Assembly (NCBI RefSeq): GCF_009914755.1
Contig: NC_060935.1
DNA length: 64,000 nt
Direction: 5' to 3' (one strand)
Source of the DNA: the human T2T-CHM13v2.0 reference genome, Homo sapiens
The translations under genes were made by a program, and so were the position numbers. Every line of letters starts with the position of its first letter. Within the stretch, counting starts at the first letter, position 1. This document shows positions 16,101 through 35,399 of this stretch, piece after piece. The notes under the pieces are model-generated. The model was given only the letters and a program-made list of their open reading frames with translations. It was not told where the DNA came from and made no database searches.

Positions 16101-17752
16101 TTTTTTTTTTTTAATTTGCTTTTGTAGAGAGGACTTTTTTCCTGAGGACGAATCGATGATGTTAGGTAGGGATGGCACTTTGGCTTTGATTCTGAGTGCA
16201 TGCAGTAGTGTAGTCTCTGTATGTTTTCTATGGACATAAACAGTGTTAGTGGTATGTGAGATTTCTTCAGTAGCTTGGGGCGTAGTTATTAGTGGAGTCT
16301 GTGGTGCAGTTTTGCTGGGGACTGGGACACCAGGTATGGCAGTACTCAGTCCCAAGTGGTAGCAGCAATGAGCTAAGCATGCCTATTCTTGGGGCAGGGT
16401 GGGCATACACTACACCAGTGTTAGTCAATCCAGGAGGGCTGATTCTTGGGCCTCCACATGGCTTACTTGTAATCCAGTAGTATCACCAGTGGGACTGGCA
16501 GGTAGGTGGATTCTCAGAGCCCTGGCCAGCCAGTGTAGAATAGGCATTTGCAGTGGCAGTGGTGGGATGATCCTCTGAGTCCCAAGAAGTGTTTACTGGC
16601 ATTGGCAATAGCTGCAATGGGCTGGACAGACCAGTCACCAGGCCCACAGTTGGCATGTACAGGTATGTGCTAGCTATGGTGGTAGTAGCCAGGTGAGTAG
16701 GCCCAATCTCAGGTCCCTAGGAGGAGTGCTGCGAATGATAATGGGCAAAGTTGAGCAATTCGCTGACCTGTGGGTGGTGTGCTCTGGCATGGGGTGGAGA
16801 CAAACAAAGCCAAGCCAGGCTGGCTAGTCCTCAGGCCCCCTGATTATGTGTATAGGCAATAGTCATGGTAGTCATATGTTGGGTAATCCCTAGGCCACTG
16901 GTGGAATGCTTGAATAGAGAGCAGCAGTGGCCCACCTTGCCCCTGGGGGAGGAGGGTGCCACTTTCAGTCTCTGCATCCTAGGCCTGCAGGTAAGAAGCA
17001 AATGTGCCACTCATTCCTCAGCCCTAGGCCTGTAGCCCACAGTCTCTCATGCCTAAGTTCTGGGGTCAGTAGTTGTAACTTCTCTTGCATGGATGGGCTC
17101 CAGGATAGTGCACACTCTGTTGGGGGCCGGGTTCTAGAATGGTGCCTCTCTCTTGCCTCAGTCTGAAAAGTGGCAGTCCACTGCTGGATTGTGTCTTGGC
17201 CTTGGGTGTGGTAGCCCATGGTTGTTCATGCCTAAGCCCTGGGGCAGCAGTCCATGCTTCTTTTACACCTCATTCCCGGCAATGCTAGGCTCTTGGACAG
17301 TGGGCAGTCTATTGTGGGAGTTCTAAAATGCCACCTTCCTGTAGCTACTAAGGACTCAGGAAATGTATGGGACCCAGCATGAGCTTCTCTGGGGCAGTGC
17401 TATCACACAACCTTCTGGAAGGTCATTATGTTAGTTTCAGGTCCTGCAATGATCCAGGGGCTCTCCTGTAGCTAGAATTGCAGGACTCTATGGTGAGTAT
17501 GTAAATCACTGAGAGTCTCTCACTTACCTTTTCCCCATATTGGGAGGGTAGTCTCAGCTCCAAGCCGATTCTGGCCAAATGATCTGGCTCAATTCCTACT
17601 CCTTTCTTGCTTTAGGTATTGCCTGTCACTCTCTGTTGAATTCCAGTATTCCTTCTTGAATGATTTAGTTGAAATGCGATTATCTACTTGCTATTTTGGT
17701 TCTTCTAGGGGAGGAAGTGAGTATGAAATGCCATGAGTCAGCCATCTTGAAT
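13120..17752 (-). mobile_element. L1MA element with 5'UTR, ORF1 and 3' end; most of ORF2 deleted near 14885
   Basis: L1MA 3'UTR at 13120-13960; ORF2 C-terminal fragments (14464..14652); ORF1 coiled coil (15596..15916); 5' end caagatggc at ~17750. Confidence 0.8.
13297..13441 (-). mobile_element. Alu left monomer (FLAM_C-like) inside the L1MA 3'UTR
   Basis: agacggggtttcacc..caggcgtgagccgctgtgccc with a T-rich tail. Confidence 0.8.
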
Positions 17753-17839
17753 TAGTCAACTGGGTCCCAGATATTTTTAGAACTCTATAAAAGATTTTCT
17801 TTGGAAGAATTTGGAAAATTTAAAAATAAAATATAACTT

Positions 17840-18240
17840 GGATAATATTATAAACTATATTATGGATAACGGTAGGTTCCTTGGTTGTGAAATTTTATTA
17901 TGTTATATAGGAGGATGTTCTCGTTTTAAGAAGATATAAACTATTAAGGATGATAAGTTTTACTGCAGCCTTTAAATGATTCTAGAAAAAGTATGTCATA
18001 TAAAAATTTATATGCATGTGTATGTAGATACATATATATACACACACACACATAAACATACAGAGAGATAGAGAGAAAGTGACAGAGACAAAGAGAAGGA
18101 TATTTACCTGCATTTGAGAAAAAGAAAACAAGCAAATATAGAAACATTTTAGGAACTGATGAATTTAGAGTATAAGAGTGGTCCTTGTAATATTCTTTCA
18201 AACTTTTGTATGTTTGAGATTCCTCAAAATAAAAAGTTAG
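17840..18240 (+). mobile_element. L1ME-type 3' fragment containing (TA)/(CA)/(GA) microsatellites
   Basis: Resemblance to an old L1 3'UTR; simple repeats at 18010-18095. Confidence 0.45.
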
Positions 18241-19021
18241 AGTAAATAAGGGGAAAAAAATCAGACTGAATGTTTTAATTATTAGGACTGGTAACATATA
18301 GATCTTATCCAAGCTTAAATTAAGGGGCAAGAAATTGAAATCAGGCAGAGCATATAAGAAAATAGCAATTAAAAATATATATAATTGAGTTTTCACAGTT
18401 CAATAAAAGAATCATTTTCTAAAATATTTTATTTGCTTTCTGCTTTTGTTTCATTATTATGTCTAATAGTATTGCTATAAAAGGGACTTTATCAGAATGT
18501 TATAATTGTATTTATAATTCTAGCAATTACTAAGAGAGAAGTGTTGAATATTTATTAAAGAAATGACAATGTAAATAGCAGCTAGCTAAACAGCTACATT
18601 TTGGAATACTTGCTTATTTTATAGTCAATACTATTTTAAAATTATTTGTATCCTTATATCAACTAAAATAAGTGGGAAAGATCAGTTTATTAACTCCAAA
18701 AACTTTCTATAAGATGAGTTATTTCTGTTTATTACTATAATTAGTTAAAATTGCTTTTCTTTATGCTTAGAAAAAGACATTTCGAACAAGCAATTTTCTA
18801 AATGGTTCATGCCTATAGAGTCTTTTGTAAGTTGATTATCTTAGCTGATGTTCAATTGTCCTTTAATTTTTAGAAATATCATTGCTTCATATTAAAAATA
18901 ATTCCTTACAAATTTTCTCTCTAAATAATAATTTGACTAAAAAACCCTGAAAGATGTATCACATCAATAAGTAATAGCATATTCAGTTATATTCTATTAA
19001 AGAACATCTAATACCAAATAA

Positions 19022-19328
<307 letters not shown>

Positions 19329-20049
19329 AGTACTAGTTTTTTTAGGTCAGCCATGAGCGATAATATAATAATATTGATAAAGGTAAATAGCATACACATA
19401 TTCTACCCTAGTATAAATAAAGTAGAAAAATAACACTTAAAGTTTAAAAAGATTATCATGTTTCAGATTCAATCAAAGGAAAACACTTTCCTGTAGCTAT
19501 CTTGATGATTACTGCTGTGGTAATCATACACCCTGTATGATTCATGAGGAAGGTGAGAGAGAGGTATGATGTCTAGCCTCTTCAGACACTTTTGACCAGC
19601 TAGTGATATGCCCAACATTTTATATAAATAAATATTGTTAAATACATACAATGTAAGTATTAATTAATTGAAGTTTACAGAGGTTGTCAGTGTTCAAATA
19701 TTACTTCAACTGTTGTAAAACTTTGAAAGATTATTAAAATGATATAAATTTTTATTAAAAAATAAAATTATAGTAATGTGGTTGGAAAGCTTTGCATTAT
19801 TTAACAACTCAAATATATCAGAAGTTGCTAAAATGGGAAAATTGATACATTATTAAAAGTAAGAAAGTTACAGCATTTTAGTTGGTTTGAGTACACACAA
19901 GGGAAACCAAACATATGAGAAAGAAGGATTTATTTTGAATAGGTGTCAGTCATACCTAATAGGATGCTTATTTAAAAATGTAGAATGCCTTTGAAATATG
20001 TCAACTATAACAATAGAAAACACGTTATTTATAACCTTCTATAAATATA

Positions 20050-20170
20050 GCAGAGTGTTTCATATATACTAACTTTGTTAAACCTCAGAAAATACCTATG
20101 AGGTAGAGATAGTTATTTTAGATGAGAAAAAAAAACTTAGAATAATTTCCAGATTTCATCATAATCACAT
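20050..20170 (-). mobile_element. MIR fragment
   Basis: cctatgaggtag..attttagatgagaaaa MIR core. Confidence 0.5.
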
Positions 20171-20551
20171 AGATTTGTATTAGACAATACTTTGGATATT
20201 CAAAATTTGCTTTTGAGATCATGGAAAATTCCAGTTGGTTAAATTTAACCAAGCGTCTTGATTAATGGCATAAACTGATAAGTTAACTAATATAGCACTC
20301 TGAATATAAACTAGAGTATTTTTCATAGTGCAGGTGTGATAATCTACAACTAGCCTTGGTAAAGACATTTGGATTAATTTGGGCACTGCATGTTTTAAAT
20401 TTAGTGTATTATCTTTATGTCAGACAAATCTGTTCCATTAAGTTCCACTGTTTAGGAATATCACCTAAAATGCCTCACAGAGGAAATTCTGTATTGTCTT
20501 AGACATAGTGAAACGTTCTGTATGATCAAACCACAGAACCACATCTTCTTA

Positions 20552-20884
<333 letters not shown>

Positions 20885-22589
20885 TTACTCTTTCTCTGAC
20901 AGTATCTCCCCAGTAATAGTAATGGTCAATACTCTGCATGTGCTGTTTTTTGTGTGAGTCATATGTGTATTTCTATATAGAAGTGTAGCAGTTGAATTAC
21001 AAATAGAATATTTAAATTCTTAGTAAAAGAAAATAAATGATATCTAAACATACCAACTACATGAAGATTTTTGTAAATAACAAATCAATATTCATGTTAA
21101 AAGTAATATATTAAGATATGTTTCAAAATAAGCATTTTGACCATAATTACAAGTAGGAACATTATGATTCCTATCTTGTTTTACTAAAAAATAATTCCAC
21201 ATTTTCATATATTCCTCAATTATTTTTTAAATGCCTTTTCCTACTTTGGCATCTGTTAGCCAAAATGTAATACTTCAGTGGTAAAATTGAAGAACTGAGA
21301 AGTTGCAAGCTCATCATGACAATATTTTAAAAAATGCTTTCTTATTAATTATAAAATGTGTTATGGGTTGTCCTAAGTAATAATGTGAACACTTGTAAGG
21401 GTAACAGTGTTGAAGAAAGACAAAAGCAAAATTCAGATAAAGAATATAAAACCAAATAGGAATACAGCACATATACCAGAGTTTATGATTCTATTTGTAT
21501 AGTTTTCTTCACATGTTTAGTTTTTGATATCTAGAACACAGTTTTCTTAAAAAGGTTCTATAATTATCGCAGATTGGAATGAATTGGAATATAGTTTTTA
21601 GAATGAGGAATACTTTTTTTTTACACTGAGGAGGGAGGTCATGTTTTGCAAATAAAATTGTGTCAACATTAAAGAAAGAAACAAAATGTAAGAAAATACT
21701 TTTTTCACAGAACAAAAGACTAGCAATTTGCCACCATAACCTTTTTGAAATTTCTGTTTAGAAATATCGTAAAAAGTCTGTAAATCACAATCCTCTTTAA
21801 GAGGACAGAAAACCTTTTCTTGAGAGACATACAACTGCAGTCATGACTGATCACGAAGAGAAACCTCAAAGGATGAGTTTGCATTCCAGTCTAGGCACTG
21901 TGACATTTTGAGGTTGATACATGAGAACATTTAAAGTCATGTCTTCCTTTCTATCCTCTGCTTTCCTGAGGGAGGATGTGATCTACAGGACTGTATTTTG
22001 TGTTGTTGAGAAGGACACACTGTGTTGAATCCTGCTTCTTGAAAAATCATTAGGGATAGTCAATACATTCCTCAGGATTTATTAGACACCAGCAACAGCC
22101 TTAATGACACAATAATTAATAAGATACAAACCTACATAACACTGGCACACTAACAATTGTCTCCACCACTATAGTGGAAGCTCATTGTGGGAGGAATTTT
22201 CATCTTTTTTGTTTCCTATTTCATCCTCATTTCTTCAGATAGTATCTGGCACAAAATGTGCACATGCTGAAAGATAAAGAATTATGTTGCTGTAGCCCCT
22301 CTAACAGATGAGGGAAAAAGCAGTGAGCCCAACTGTTACTTTGCTCCTTCTGCCTGCTGGTTCCTTACTCTGTGTAGGCCTTACCCATACTGATCACTGA
22401 AATCAGGTGTGCGTCCATGAGAAATGAGAATGCATTTGTCCAACTTAAAACCAGCTCAGCCATTTGTAGTCTGTCATTGCTTCCTCCTCTATCTGCTTTT
22501 CCTTTACAGTCAGGAAAACATATTTATAATTCTTTTCATTGATCATTTGTAATCATAGTGCTGAATATTTGCTTGATGACTACAGAATT

Positions 22590-22662
22590 CATTAATGCGT
22601 CCCCAGTGCTTAGCATAGTACCTAACACAGAGTGAGTGCTCAACAAATATTTATTGAAAGAA
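22590..22662 (+). mobile_element. L2 3' end
   Basis: cagtgcttagcatagtacctaacacagagtgagtgctcaacaaatatttattgaa. Confidence 0.6.
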
Positions 22663-25632
22663 AGGATTATCTGTATCCTCAGTGCTCATTTCTTTATGAC
22701 AATCTGCAAATGTGGTCAGTATTAGTTGAAAACTCAGTGTTTTCAAATCACAGTGCATGCCAGATATCAAATCAATTGATTAAAATGTAAGACATAATCT
22801 GAAATATCTGGGGCTAAGTGGGAAAAGAGATATAGTTAAGATCATCTGGTTAGTGAAAATACAAGTCTGTTTTTATGAGTGTTGAAAAATGAATGATGCT
22901 GAGAAAAATTCAAAGGACAGAAAATTGTTAGATTAGAAAGTTTATAGAACATATAATTGTTAAGAAGATAATTTGAACTTCCCTTTAGAGAGCACATGAA
23001 TTTGCATTTTGGGAAAGAGAAGGGCACTGCCTTAGAAACTTGTTACATTAGTGTCATGCTAGTTCACTACATTCTAGGCACTCTTTCCACCAGTTCTTCA
23101 CCAAAGAGCCTTTTATTATACATGATTTCCTTTACCTAGAAAGCACTTTCTTTATTCTCTTTCCCTCTCTTATTCTCCTACAGTCATCTTCAATTCTCAT
23201 CTGAACCTTTATTTTATTGTAGATGATAAAAATTATTTCTGCCATTCTCCACCCTTTAACAAGATAATCACTACCTTTACTCTGCATAGGGCAACTTTTT
23301 CTATTATTTACAATACGATTTGTAAATTTTCCTTGGTAGCATTTATCGTGACATTAATTAATAAATAAAACAATTAATTGACTGCAAGCTCATGCTGGGA
23401 GAGATTGTGTCTTTTGAATCTCCAAAAACTACTTTAATATTCAAGCATAGAAGATACTGATTAAATTCTCATTAAATTATTGGATAGATGAGTAAGGATG
23501 AACTTTTCTGAATATAGACCTGAAAATGCCAGATTTGACTGATCTAAAACCCATGACTTTGGGGATTATATTTGAGGCCTCCAAGTTTCACCACAGGAAG
23601 TCTTGGGCCTCCTGGACTCCATAGACAATCGCAATAACGAGTTGAGAATTCAAGAAGTCAACTAATAATCACTGCTAACAATTTATGAAAAGATGTTATT
23701 TTAAGAGATGCTGGGACAGTGCAGCAGCATTCACCTAGGCCATTAAGCAAAGGCCACAGTCTGCTAACTTCCCCAGGTAACTGATTCTACCTAGGCCCTA
23801 AATCTACAGTATTTAATCAAATCTATAACCTTTAAGGGAGTCCCATTCCAGTGAATCATCTCCGACATTCTTGGTCACCAAACAAATGCAGTCCCCTCTG
23901 GCCAATTCTTATGTGATCTTATCCCCACTATCATCTATTTTTTTCTTTTATTGCAATCTCTAACTCAATACTTCCCACCACATACTCTGAAAAATCTCAG
24001 TACATTTTAACTTTTTAAATAAAGCATTTTACATTTTCATTTCTCAGTACAATGCAATCTCTATTTGCCTGTTTCCACTGCAACCTGGATTGTCTCTGGG
24101 GACATCACTCTTCAAGTGCCTCCATAAGTAAAAGCAGTTTCCTCTCCCATAATGCACACATTTAAAAATCTAGAGGCATAAACTATAATTATCCAGTTGC
24201 TGTTCACTTCTTTCTGGCTATTGTGGTATACTAATTTTTCAAAATACGCAAAATCAAAACAAAAACAAATAGAAACCTTTTGCCCTCTGCTTTTACCACT
24301 ATCTACCTCTCTTGGCCTTGTTTATTTATAAATCTTTTGTCATCACCCACATCAACAAACCACTTCGACAATGAAATCTTAGTTTTTATTTACACCCAGA
24401 CTTTTGTCATCATCACATTGATATCATAAGCGTGACTTGCTGTTCATGAAGCTGACCCATAAGTTTTCTAACACTCAATGATTCTTGTCATTATTCAAAA
24501 CACAAAAGTTGCCTCTTTCCACTTTAATTCTTTTTAGTTTCTTTAAATTCAGAATTTAGCCTCCATTGCCACACCCTGAAACTTTTCAACAACTTTGCTG
24601 TGATACAATATTAATACTTATACATAGGACAATTATACAAACTAAATTGGAAATGAATCAAGAATAAAAACTTTAAGTTCATCATCTTTGCCTTCCTCTC
24701 TCTCTTGAAACAGGGTGACCAGAGTTCTCTCTATAGTGAAAGTCTGTCTTGATATCTGACTCTTCAACTTTCTCTCTGGGCTTCACAGGAAGTTGTTTAC
24801 GTCCAATGTCTTTTGAAGTCATATAAAGCCAAGAATATTTAGATAAAGAAGAATACCATGTAAACAGGAAGCAACATCATGCTTCTCAGTTTCCCACAGA
24901 GCCATGGCTAGGCACTTGCTTTGCCTTTTACATGTTTAAAGAGTGCATTAAACAAGGTGACTTAAATCAAAGAAAGTTTGTATCAAAGAGGAATAGAAGT
25001 CTCCAAGCCTAGTGAGATAAAAAACTATAACTTACAAATAACAGTTCATACAACTTTAACCTCAAGATACAAGAAAACAAAATGAAAAGGAACAAAATAA
25101 AACAAAAAGTTAGTTCCAAATTTAGAGAGGGAAAGCAAAAGAGGAGTCAATGTTACTCTAGTTTTTGAACTCCCATGTACCCTATTCCCTGGACACTATT
25201 GACCACAAGCCACTTCATGGAAATAGCTGTGCTTTCATGCTTCAGTACATTTTCCCATTATTCATTCAATTTCAGGTTTCTTTCTACCTCCAACCATCAA
25301 CTCCAGACATACTTGTAAATATTAAACTAATTTTAATGGTTTAGCATTTGATGAAATATTTATGGCTTGAGAGAATAGTATTACCAATAAAATTCAATAA
25401 TAAGCACATATTGAGAAATAGAAGTTAGTGTTATTAAATTTTTAATAGGATCTGATCCATGTCTAATAATATGAACTTGGATAATGAAAAAATGGAAATA
25501 TTGAGACTTCAGTCCAACATCTAATTTTTTGGGGTGGTGTTCTTCATCTATCATATAATTCTTTACAAAATAAATGTAGATACAAAGTTTTGGATCATTT
25601 GAGGAGATAATGTTACCTTTGATATGATTGTT

Positions 25633-25981
25633 TTGATCATTAGAAAAGTAGCCCCCCAAAGATATCCACTTCCTAACTTACAAAACTTCTGAATATGTTA
25701 CCTCACATGACAAAATAAACTTTTCAGATGGATTAAGGTAAGGATGTTCACATGGAGAAATTGTTTTGAATTATCTGTGTGGACTCAATGCAAACTACAG
25801 GCTAAAAAAGGCAAAGAATGGAACCTCCTTAAGAAACACAGTTCTGCTGACACCTTGATGTTAGTGCAACAAAAATCATTTTACACTTCTAATCTCCAGA
25901 ACTGTAAGATTATAATTTTGCATTGTTTCATACAACTAAGTTTGTGGTAACTTGTTACAGCTGCTGGAGGAAACTAATGCA
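25633..25981 (+). mobile_element. MLT1C/D-type solo LTR, internally deleted
   Basis: ccccccaaagatatccac..gaatatgttacc start; aagtttgtggtaacttgttacagc..aaactaatgca end. Confidence 0.7.
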
Positions 25982-26359
25982 ATTTTAAGCAGCTAAATTT
26001 AGAAATCTGAAAACAATTTAGGCTATAATTATTGATAAAATAAGCTAATAAATATGGTAGTTAATATTGCTACTCACCATGTATTTTCTAACTTTTACCT
26101 TACAGAGGATGGGTAGGCTTGTGTTTCTTGTCCTTCTTTGAAGTTAAGCAAAGCTGTTTTATTTTCCTAGGGCAATAACATATGGAAATATTGGAATAAT
26201 TGATGTGTGTCACTTTCAGGGCAGGAGCTTTAAGAGTCCTTGCTACATTTTTTCCCTTGTTAGGTGATTTTGGAAGTGCAGATTGAGATGAACTTCTCTC
26301 AGCCCACGTTCTGCCAATCCTTGGTGCTTATGTAGCATGAGCAAGAAATGACATTTTGG

Positions 26360-30493
<4,134 letters not shown>

Positions 30494-30546
30494 AAATAAA
30501 GTTGTTAAAAGACAAAGAAACAAACCAAGTATAAAAAATATACATC

Positions 30547-30847
30547 AGCTGGGTGTGGTGGCTCACGCCATTAATCTCAGCACTTTGGGTGGCCGAGGCG
30601 GGTGGATCACTTGAGGTCAGGAGCTCGAGACTAGCCTGGCCAACATGCAGAAACCTGTCTCTACTAAAAATACAAAAATTAGCTGGACGTGGCAGTGGAT
30701 GCCTGTAATCCCAGCTACTCGGAAAGCTCAGCAGGAGAATCATTTAAACTGGAGAGGCAGACGTTGCAGTGAACAGAGATCGTGCCATTGCAATCCAGCC
30801 TGGGAGACAAGAGCAAAACTCCTTCTCAAAAAAAGAAAAAAAAAAAG
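30547..30847 (+). mobile_element. AluS
   Basis: Full dimer; TSD aaaaatatacatc at 30534-30546 and 30848-30860. Confidence 0.93.
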
Positions 30848-32196
30848 AAAAATATACATCATGCAAATTATTCACTAAATAACATGGAAGTGTCCACATT
30901 AATATTAGACAACATAGTCTTTAAGAAGTAAATTTTTTTTATGTCAGTCCTCTGTGATTTTAGAGTTGTTTGCTTTATAAGCATAGAGTCTCATGATAGA
31001 TACTACAAATTTGAGCCAAACTAATGATAATAAAATTAACTTTATAATGTGGAAAAGTAGCTTTTAAGCATTCCTAAAAAGTGAATAACAAATAAAAAAT
31101 TAGTATTTTCACTCTTAAAGAAGATTTTTGTGACAATTACTGTCCTCAGGCATGTATTATGGAAAGGAAAAAAGCAAAAGGAACATAAAAACTACATGAA
31201 ATGGATTCGCTAAAGCGCCTGTGATAATATCTGTATTCTAGCAGGCATTCATACATGTTAGTTCATTCTGTTAGTTCTACATAAAAAGTGGGAATTGAAT
31301 TTTTAAGAACAAATTCAGTAAGAAATCTTGAATAAAGTAATTGATTCATTGCAGGAGTAGCTAATTCTGAACCAAAACTAAACTATGGACTAACAATCAT
31401 ATATATGGTCATAACAAACTTTTTAAAAATAACTTTTATTAGTTTTATCACAGAGTTCCATTAATGGAAAATATTTATATTTAATATAAAATCAGTACAG
31501 TGTTTTAACCATGAAAATTATTTAATTAAAAGCATGCTTAGGCAAAAGTTTGTGTTCAGTATGCAAAAAAGTTAGACTTCCCTCTAGAGAATAGGGACAA
31601 CAAATTGCACTAAAAGGGAAAAAGATATATAGGAAATAATATGTTTACTACATATTATAGGACTATAGGAAATATAGGAAATAAAATACACACTTTTGAT
31701 TCTAATAATACAAGAAACAATAAAGGAAATAATAAAATATAAATTTCTGATTCTTGTAAAAGATTTGAACACAATGAAGGTACTATTTTATGAGAAGATT
31801 GTCAGCAGAGATCCCTTCTAGAGTCCATGTGCTCAAGGTTTAGCATAATCTGCTTGTCCATTTGGAAAATAAAAGGAAGGAAAATGTGTTATGTTCATTT
31901 GGCACTTCAGAAAGATCCTAACATGACCCCTTCCCTTTTTATTAAGTAAAAAAACCCCCAGAATTGGATCTTATATTCTATTTCGGCCAGAAATAAAGAT
32001 TTCATTTGGATAACTGTTGGGAATAATAGGAATAGCAACACAATGAAATACCAAATTTTACTTACCAATATTTTATTGTATTTGTTTCTTTTTATTTTAC
32101 AATATTTTATTGTATTTGTTTCTCATTAATGTTTACTTTGTTTACTGCCTATTCTACTTTCACCTCCAAATTCTCCCCAAATCCTTTAGTCTTCAA

Positions 32197-32243
<47 letters not shown>
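32197..32243. repeat. (CA)n microsatellite
   Basis: Direct inspection. Confidence 0.95.
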
Positions 32244-32247
<4 letters not shown>

Positions 32248-33269
32248 TCTCGTGCTTGTGGTAGGTACATTCAAGCCACCATGCCCTTTGTTTAGTTTAA
32301 TTTAATAAACATTGGTAGCATTACTGTTATTAAATATCCAGGTGAGAAAATTGAGACTGAAGGTTAGATGACTCTCCCAACCTCTATCATACAGCTCTAG
32401 ACTATAAATCTGAAATTCAAAATAAGATTAAATGGACCATGATCCAGGTTCTTAAACGTAAATTAGAGCATCTTTATAAAATAATTATCCTCAAAGAAAT
32501 AAGCAAATATATGCATTCACGAGCATGAATCAATTGCTCTAAATATTTCCATAACACCAAACAGCCTGTGAAAATTGAAAAAATATATAATACAGAAATG
32601 AAAACCCAATACAAGTGTTGTAAAATTAGATTGAAAAAATATTCTAGAAAATAGAACAAAAAGATCAAGATATAGGAAATAGAAGCAAAGGAGAAAATTA
32701 AATGACCAGTCCAATAGATCCTCATAGATCAAAGCCCCACCTCTGTTCCCAACTGCCTCCCTACTTCCCCTTTTGGCTTTGTCCTTCTTGATATTACCAA
32801 GAAGAACTCCACGGAAACTTATCTTACCTTGTTCTCCTGCTGAGGACAACCACCACTGAGCAGAGATACATCAGGAAGAGTTGAGGAAATTGGATCTATA
32901 TTCCTAGAGGTTCTGAATGCTCAACCTGGAACTGAAAGGAAACACATCCAAAATTGATGAAATTCAAAGATAGGCTAAATTATAATAATTTTTCAAGATT
33001 TTAGAGATTACATTGAGTTATAAAATTAAGTGAAAATAAACTTTAACATATATTCCAAGCTTACTTTTCTTCAATTTTAAATGTATCCTAATCAGGTGCT
33101 TTTAAAATGTTTATCTTTATTATTTACTGTAACATTCAGTAAGGTTGCCTGTTTTATCAGTCTATTATCTATCTGCCTATCTATGTATATACCTCTATTT
33201 ATCTATCTATCATCTATTTAAAGGAGGGAATAACTTCTGCTGAATATCACAGAACATAATTTTGTCTCT

Positions 33270-33390
33270 TTTCTATTGGAATGTACACACCATAAGGGCA
33301 GGAAATTGTGTTTGTCCTCATCACCTTTATATATCCAGTACCTAGAATTGTATCCAGCACATATTTAGTAGTCAAAATACATTTTTATTA
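33270..33390 (+). mobile_element. L2 3' end
   Basis: gaatgtacacaccataagggcagg..ccagtacctagaattgtatccagcacata. Confidence 0.55.
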
Positions 33391-35399
33391 CAAAACAATC
33401 CTGCAAGGCAAACATGGTACATTTGTTGATGATGAAGCAAATGCAGTAGGGCCTCTTAATTTGCTAAAGATTCAGAGCTAATAAGTACAACAATCTATTA
33501 CCTTGGCTACTTTCTGTCTGGGTGCCTCCATAGATTTATTTTGAAACCAAGTTCAATTAAACTTAGCATTTCAAAAAATGATTTGATATGCAGAAGAAGA
33601 ATCTATAAACAAATTAGAATCATTAACTTTCAAAAGCAGACCAACACTTTTATGGTATAACATAAGTGATGTAGATAAGCAACCTTTTTGAATACCCCAG
33701 ATGCATTAAAGCTTTTAAAATTAGCAACTTCAATAGCTCAGAATTCTTTAACACAGATATTTTGGAAGATTTTAAAGAAAGCCTCTCACCAAACACTTGT
33801 CAGACGCATCTCCCAAATAATTTCAATTCATGATTTATTTTCATAATACCTAAAATCACAGTAGTGTATCAAATTTCCATTGTAATTAATATGCATTTCA
33901 TAGAGACTAATAAAATAGAGATATTGTCTGGCTTTCTAATACCTTTAACTGTCCCTCCAAATTTATCAGAAGTTTTCCCTTTTTATGGTAATTATGACTA
34001 CTGATTCAAGAAGAGATTTCAGATGTCAATATTAAGTGTTCTGCCTTTGTGTGGCCATAGATTTTTAGAAGGATGTTTGCAGATATATTAGAATCCACAT
34101 AGAATGACATATATCTATTTATATGATAATGTAATGCATTTGAGATTGCTACATGACTTCCTACTTCACTAAACATAAAAAATAAATATGCGGATAGTGC
34201 ATTTGGCTGTTTTTGAAAAATTTGTGTTACTCTCAAAACTCTTAAGGAGTCACTCAAAAGCAGTTCATTTCTTACCTTCTAGTTGAAAGCAGTGACCTTG
34301 AGATAAAGTAAAGGTTAACTTAAAAAGGTTCACCAGCTGTGACTGCACTCAATAGCTTTCCATCTACTTCTTCTAAAGCTACACAAAACACAATACTAAC
34401 ACAATATATGTTTAAGCTCTTTGTAATGGTACCCAGGGGTACTCTTCTCCCAGAGCCCTTTCAATTTCACTTATTTCTCTTAGGCCTGGGAGCGGTGAGC
34501 AAATTGCCACAAGGCTAAAAATATCACCAATATATGCATGTCCACCCTTTTCAAAAACTCAGTAAAGGACATATCTTGGTAGTGAATTATTCCTTACTTC
34601 CCTCTGTATCCCACTTCTCAGAATAAATAGAGATATGAGACCTGTTTGCAATATTGCTGATGACTAAAAGTTCAGAACAGAACACCTCTTGAGGAAGTAC
34701 TTGAGTCCTTGTGTCTATGCAATGATTTCAGTAGAGCCCCAAACAAAATTTCTCCAGATTTTCCCTTTCATTTTTCACTCTTATTCAAGTGAATTCTGTT
34801 TCTTCTTAAACCATTAAATAAATGTAAAGTGCTTTGAACAGATCCTAGCATGGAAAAACTGCTATGCAAATATTTGTTTCGATTCTGGACACTGCAGGCC
34901 CACACACAAACATATACTCACACAGTCACAGCCATGAACATGAATTTGCAGCTTATTTGTTCCTTTTTAGGTAAATACCTATTCTTTTATTAATCATTAA
35001 TTTAATATGTTCAAGGTACCAATGCATGCCAAGAGATTCTCAGGTAAAGGCTTGCTGCATATAAATGTCCCATGTTTCTACACACTACTTAGACTAGTGT
35101 GTAGAGGGTTCATTGAAATTTTTTCGAATTATTCCTGTGCCCAAATATTTATCCCACTGTCTAACAAAAACAAACTTCCTATTTCCTGAGGATTACCTGC
35201 ATTTTCTATAAGTCATATTGTGTTCTTACTGTTTTATCTATCATTCATATCTATCTTAATTTCTTTCCATCTTTCCCTTTAGTGACCAATTCAAAATTTA
35301 ATTCGGTTATGATGATTTCTCCAATTATCTATTCAACCTGGCTCTGTTTGTAATGCTTCAGTTGCATTTTGATTTTGTTTTATGTCTATCTTTCTTTAA

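Noticed and set aside
17944-18396. 150-aa hydrophobic ORF
   Set aside because: Low-complexity, microsatellite-derived and antisense to an L1ME relic.
19468-19552. Possible plus-strand exon (tttcag|..aag|gtgaga)
   Set aside because: Weak pyrimidine tract and no other support.
31620-31740. Repeated tataggaaat units as an array
   Set aside because: Short, irregular AT-rich slippage repeats with no spacer structure; not CRISPR-like.
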